A DNA stretch of 57,198 nucleotides, taken from contig CAZXFI010000002.1 in the NCBI GenBank assembly GCA_964640225.1, forward strand, positions 1 to 57,198, written 5' to 3'. Made by a program: the position numbers and the translations under genes. How positions within the stretch are numbered: position 1 is the stretch's first letter; the number at the start of each line of letters is the position of its first letter. Below are positions 54,390-57,198 of the stretch, piece after piece. The notes under the pieces are model-generated. The model was not told the origin of the DNA. It worked only from the letters and a program-made list of their open reading frames with translations, and made no database searches. Source of the DNA: an uncultured archaeon. GTDB lineage: Archaea; Aenigmatarchaeota; Aenigmatarchaeia; PWEA01; JAGHBM01.

Positions 54390-55685
54390 ATGCCGAAACT
54401 CAGGAGAGCCTTGGGGCTTTTTGAAACAAGCATTTACGGCATAGGGGTTATTCTGGGCGCCGGTATTTACGTGCTTATAGGCGAAGCGGCCGCCATTACC
54501 GGCAACTCGCTCTGGGTTTCATTTCTTCTGACTGCACTGATAGCCTCTTTCACGGGTTTCAGCTACGCCGAGCTTTCTTCCATGTATCCCAAGGCCGCCG
54601 CCGAGTACGTCTACGCGAAAAACGCCTTCAAGAACAGGAGCTTCCCGTTTGTTCTCGGGTGGCTCATAATTTTCACGGGAATATTATCCGGCTCCACTGT
54701 TGCCCTGGGCTTTGGGGGATACCTGCACAGCTTCCTTTCCGGCTTCATCATAGTTCCGGTAATCCCGCTGGCCCTGGCCCTTGTTTTCTTTCTTTCACTG
54801 CTGAATTTCTACGGAATCAAGGAATCGGCGCGATTTAACGTTATTTTAACGTTGATAGAGACATTAGGCCTGATTTTTATAATATTTCTCGGCCTGGGTT
54901 ACATTGGATCTGTGGATTACACGGAAATGCCGGCGGGGATGGGGGGAGTTTTCTCGGCCGCGGCCCTCATATTCTTTGCATACCTTGGCTTTGAGGAGAT
55001 GGCCAACATAGCCGAGGAGGCAAAAAACGCAAGGAAAACGGTGCCCCTTGCCATACTTATTTCCCTGGTTGTCACGACGATACTTTACATTCTGGTGTCC
55101 ATATCCGCTGTAAGCATACTGCCCTGGCAGGAGCTCGGACAGTCCGTTGCCCCGCTTGCGGACGTTGCCGAGGCGGCCATGCCCGGCTCTTCCCCGCTTC
55201 TCTACTTTATAGCGCTTTTCGCCACCCTGAATACGGTGCTAATAATACTTGTGGTTACTTCAAGGATGTTTTACGGGATGGGCAAGGATACAAGAATGCT
55301 CCGGTCGCTCTCCATTGTTCACAAAAAGAGAAGGACTCCCTGGATTTCGGTTTTTGTCACCATGATTTTCGTAATGGTTTTTACTCTGATAGGAGACATA
55401 GGCGTGGTCGCCCTCATAGCAGACCTGGGCTCTTTTATGATTTTCCTTCTGGTAAACGTCTCACTGATAGTTCTGAGGTACAGGAAGCCTTACACTAAAA
55501 GGCCCTTTAAAGTCCCGCTGAACATAGGAAAGTTTCCAGTTTTGCCTTTTCTGGGAATTATCTCCTGTATGTTCATGATGTTTCATTTTGACTGTTTCAC
55601 GATTCTTTTTACCGTTTCAATATTGGCCGCGGGCTTTGTCACTTTCTATTTTTATGATAAAATAACTTCACGTGATTCACTTTAG
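54390..55685 (+). CDS. APC-family amino acid permease
   Basis: GVILGAGIY, SYAELSS, FFAYLGFE, RPFKVP. Confidence 0.93.
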   Translation: MPKLRRALGLFETSIYGIGVILGAGIYVLIGEAAAITGNSLWVSFLLTALIASFTGFSYAELSSMYPKAAAEYVYAKNAFKNRSFPFVLGWLIIFTGILSGSTVALGFGGYLHSFLSGFIIVPVIPLALALVFFLSLLNFYGIKESARFNVILTLIETLGLIFIIFLGLGYIGSVDYTEMPAGMGGVFSAAALIFFAYLGFEEMANIAEEAKNARKTVPLAILISLVVTTILYILVSISAVSILPWQELGQSVAPLADVAEAAMPGSSPLLYFIALFATLNTVLIILVVTSRMFYGMGKDTRMLRSLSIVHKKRRTPWISVFVTMIFVMVFTLIGDIGVVALIADLGSFMIFLLVNVSLIVLRYRKPYTKRPFKVPLNIGKFPVLPFLGIISCMFMMFHFDCFTILFTVSILAAGFVTFYFYDKITSRDSL

Positions 55686-55728
55686 AGAGACAGAAAGCGT
55701 GACATTTGTATTCTAAAGCAACGAAAAC

Positions 55729-55878
55729 TTTATAAATAGGGGACTACAAAAGAAATATTGGAATCTAGATGTTTGGGCAAATTATCTAGATTTAATAACC
55801 AACTTCACACGTTCACTTCAAATTTTTGGGCGAATTTGAAGCTAGTGTGACACACACTTTTTGGGCATTTATTAGGGC
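55729..55878 (+). promoter_or_regulatory. TATA box and structured leader upstream of ftsZ
   Basis: TTTATAAATA near 55729, two 9-bp-stem hairpins and three TTTGGGC motifs. Confidence 0.45.
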
Positions 55879-55968
55879 TAGTTATTAAGCTTTTTCTAAA
55901 GAAGATAGTGTTTGCTATCTAAAAAGTATTTCGCTATAAGGAAATATATGTTTTAGTATATAAGAGAG

Positions 55969-57099
55969 GTGGAGTGGATGGATTCAATGATTCAAAAAGC
56001 ATTTGAAAAAACTTTTGAAAAAAATTCTGAGCAGAAATGTCTTAACCAGAGTTTTGACAGCCAGAGGATTGAGGAGGAATTTAATATAGATTTCAGGCAG
56101 GCAAGGATTTGCGTGATAGGCGCCGGGGGTGCGGGAAACAACACGGTGAGCACCCTGACCGACATGGGAATTGAAGGCGCGCAGACAATTGCCGTAAACA
56201 CGGACGCCAAGCACCTGAGCGTCACTAAATCAGGAAAAAAACTTCTTATAGGCAAAGAAACAACAAGAGGCCTCGGCGCGGGAGGATACCCTGGAATAGG
56301 CAAGAAAGCCGCCGAGGAATCAAAGAAGGAAATAAAGGAAATCCTTGAAGGAGTGGATATGATTTTTATAACATGCGGCCTGGGAGGAGGAACAGGTACG
56401 GGCTGCGCTCCAGTGATAGCTGAGATAGCAAAGAGTATGGGAGCAATAGTCATAGGAACGGTTACAATGCCGTTCAAGATGGAGGGAACCAGAATTCACA
56501 AGGCCGAGGAGGGCCTTATGGAGCTCAGGAAGGTCTCGGACACAGTGATAGTGATAGAGAACCAGAAGCTCCTGCAGTACGCGGGAGACCTCCCGCTGAA
56601 GCAGGCCTTTGCCGTAGCCGACGAGCTTATCTCAACCATGATAAAGGGAATAACAGAAACCATAACCCAGCCCTCCCTGGTGAATCTTGACTACGCCGAT
56701 GTAAAGGCCATAATGCACAGCGGAGGGGTTGCCGCAATAGGAGTCGGAGACGCGGATTCCTCCAACAGGGCAAAAGAAGCGATAGAGAAGGCTCTCAAAC
56801 ATCCCTTGCTGGAGATGGAGGTAAGCGGCGCGAACGGCGCCATAGTCCAGATAATAGGAGGGGATGATCTCAAGCTGGACGAGATAAACACCATAGGAGA
56901 AACCGTTTACAAAAGAATGAACCCGGAAGCGCAGGTCATATGGGGTGCAAGGGTTTTGCCTGAATTTGCAGGCAAGATACACGTGATAACCATAATAACA
57001 GGAGTGAAAAGCCCCTACATACTGGGACCTGTACAAAGGGAGAGCTTGGGCACCGAAAAGAACCCGGTAAACGAGTTGGGAATACCGGTGCTTAACTAA
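55969..57099 (+). CDS. ftsZ: Cell division protein FtsZ (FtsZ2-like)
   Basis: GAGGAGNN, NTD, GLGAGG, GLGGGTGTG tubulin motif, NLDYAD T7 loop. Confidence 0.97.
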   Translation: MEWMDSMIQKAFEKTFEKNSEQKCLNQSFDSQRIEEEFNIDFRQARICVIGAGGAGNNTVSTLTDMGIEGAQTIAVNTDAKHLSVTKSGKKLLIGKETTRGLGAGGYPGIGKKAAEESKKEIKEILEGVDMIFITCGLGGGTGTGCAPVIAEIAKSMGAIVIGTVTMPFKMEGTRIHKAEEGLMELRKVSDTVIVIENQKLLQYAGDLPLKQAFAVADELISTMIKGITETITQPSLVNLDYADVKAIMHSGGVAAIGVGDADSSNRAKEAIEKALKHPLLEMEVSGANGAIVQIIGGDDLKLDEINTIGETVYKRMNPEAQVIWGARVLPEFAGKIHVITIITGVKSPYILGPVQRESLGTEKNPVNELGIPVLN

Positions 57100-57173
57100 A
57101 TCAAAGTCATTCGATGATGTTGGAACGAGAGTTCCAAGAGCCGAATGCAACCAAAATCAAAGTCATTCGATGA
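57098..57173 (+). repeat. 20-bp direct repeat flanking a GNRA-capped hairpin
   Basis: AAATCAAAGTCATTCGATGA at 57098-57117 and 57154-57173. TTGGAAC-GAGA-GTTCCAA lies between them. Confidence 0.8.
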
Positions 57174-57198
57174 CACACCCCCACACACTGGGAAGGGC

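Noticed and set aside
57098-57173. Two-repeat CRISPR or box C/D sRNA
   Set aside because: Only two 20-bp copies are present, and there is no canonical RUGAUGA/CUGA box pair.

Overview
Archaeal chromosomal segment, probably from a DPANN lineage (Aenigmarchaeota-like; this placement is inferred). Support: Hel308, archaeal-type ThrRS, Trm56, Taw1, a class III-signal pilin, TrmB, TATA boxes, GGTGA ribosome-binding sites and many small gene overlaps. Housekeeping content: Smc-ScpA-ScpB, ATP-dependent DNA ligase, tmk/thyX, class III RNR (nrdD/nrdG), UDG, RNase Z, AsnRS and FtsZ. Accessory modules: a metal-response islet (170-3664); an operon of a KaiC-like ATPase, a roadblock-like protein and three FIST proteins, with gene-conversion tracts; a DUF5320/NifX/ferredoxin-ATPase/DUF134 operon; a decayed thioredoxin-CcdA gene; and a surface-glycan cluster (2 GT2, radical SAM, carbamoyltransferase, 2 GT-C). 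Most striking observations: (1) a tRNA-Gln(UUG) split by three BHB-type introns, at a locus invaded by a family of short AT-rich palindromic elements; (2) the FIST signalling array with 369-bp and 149-bp perfectly identical blocks between paralogues; (3) an 807-aa hinge-containing Smc with roughly half-length arms; (4) a 344-aa LAGLIDADG intein next to the ligase adenylation lysine. No CRISPR array, rRNA or transposase was seen. Protein family names come from motif recognition by eye, not from database searches.
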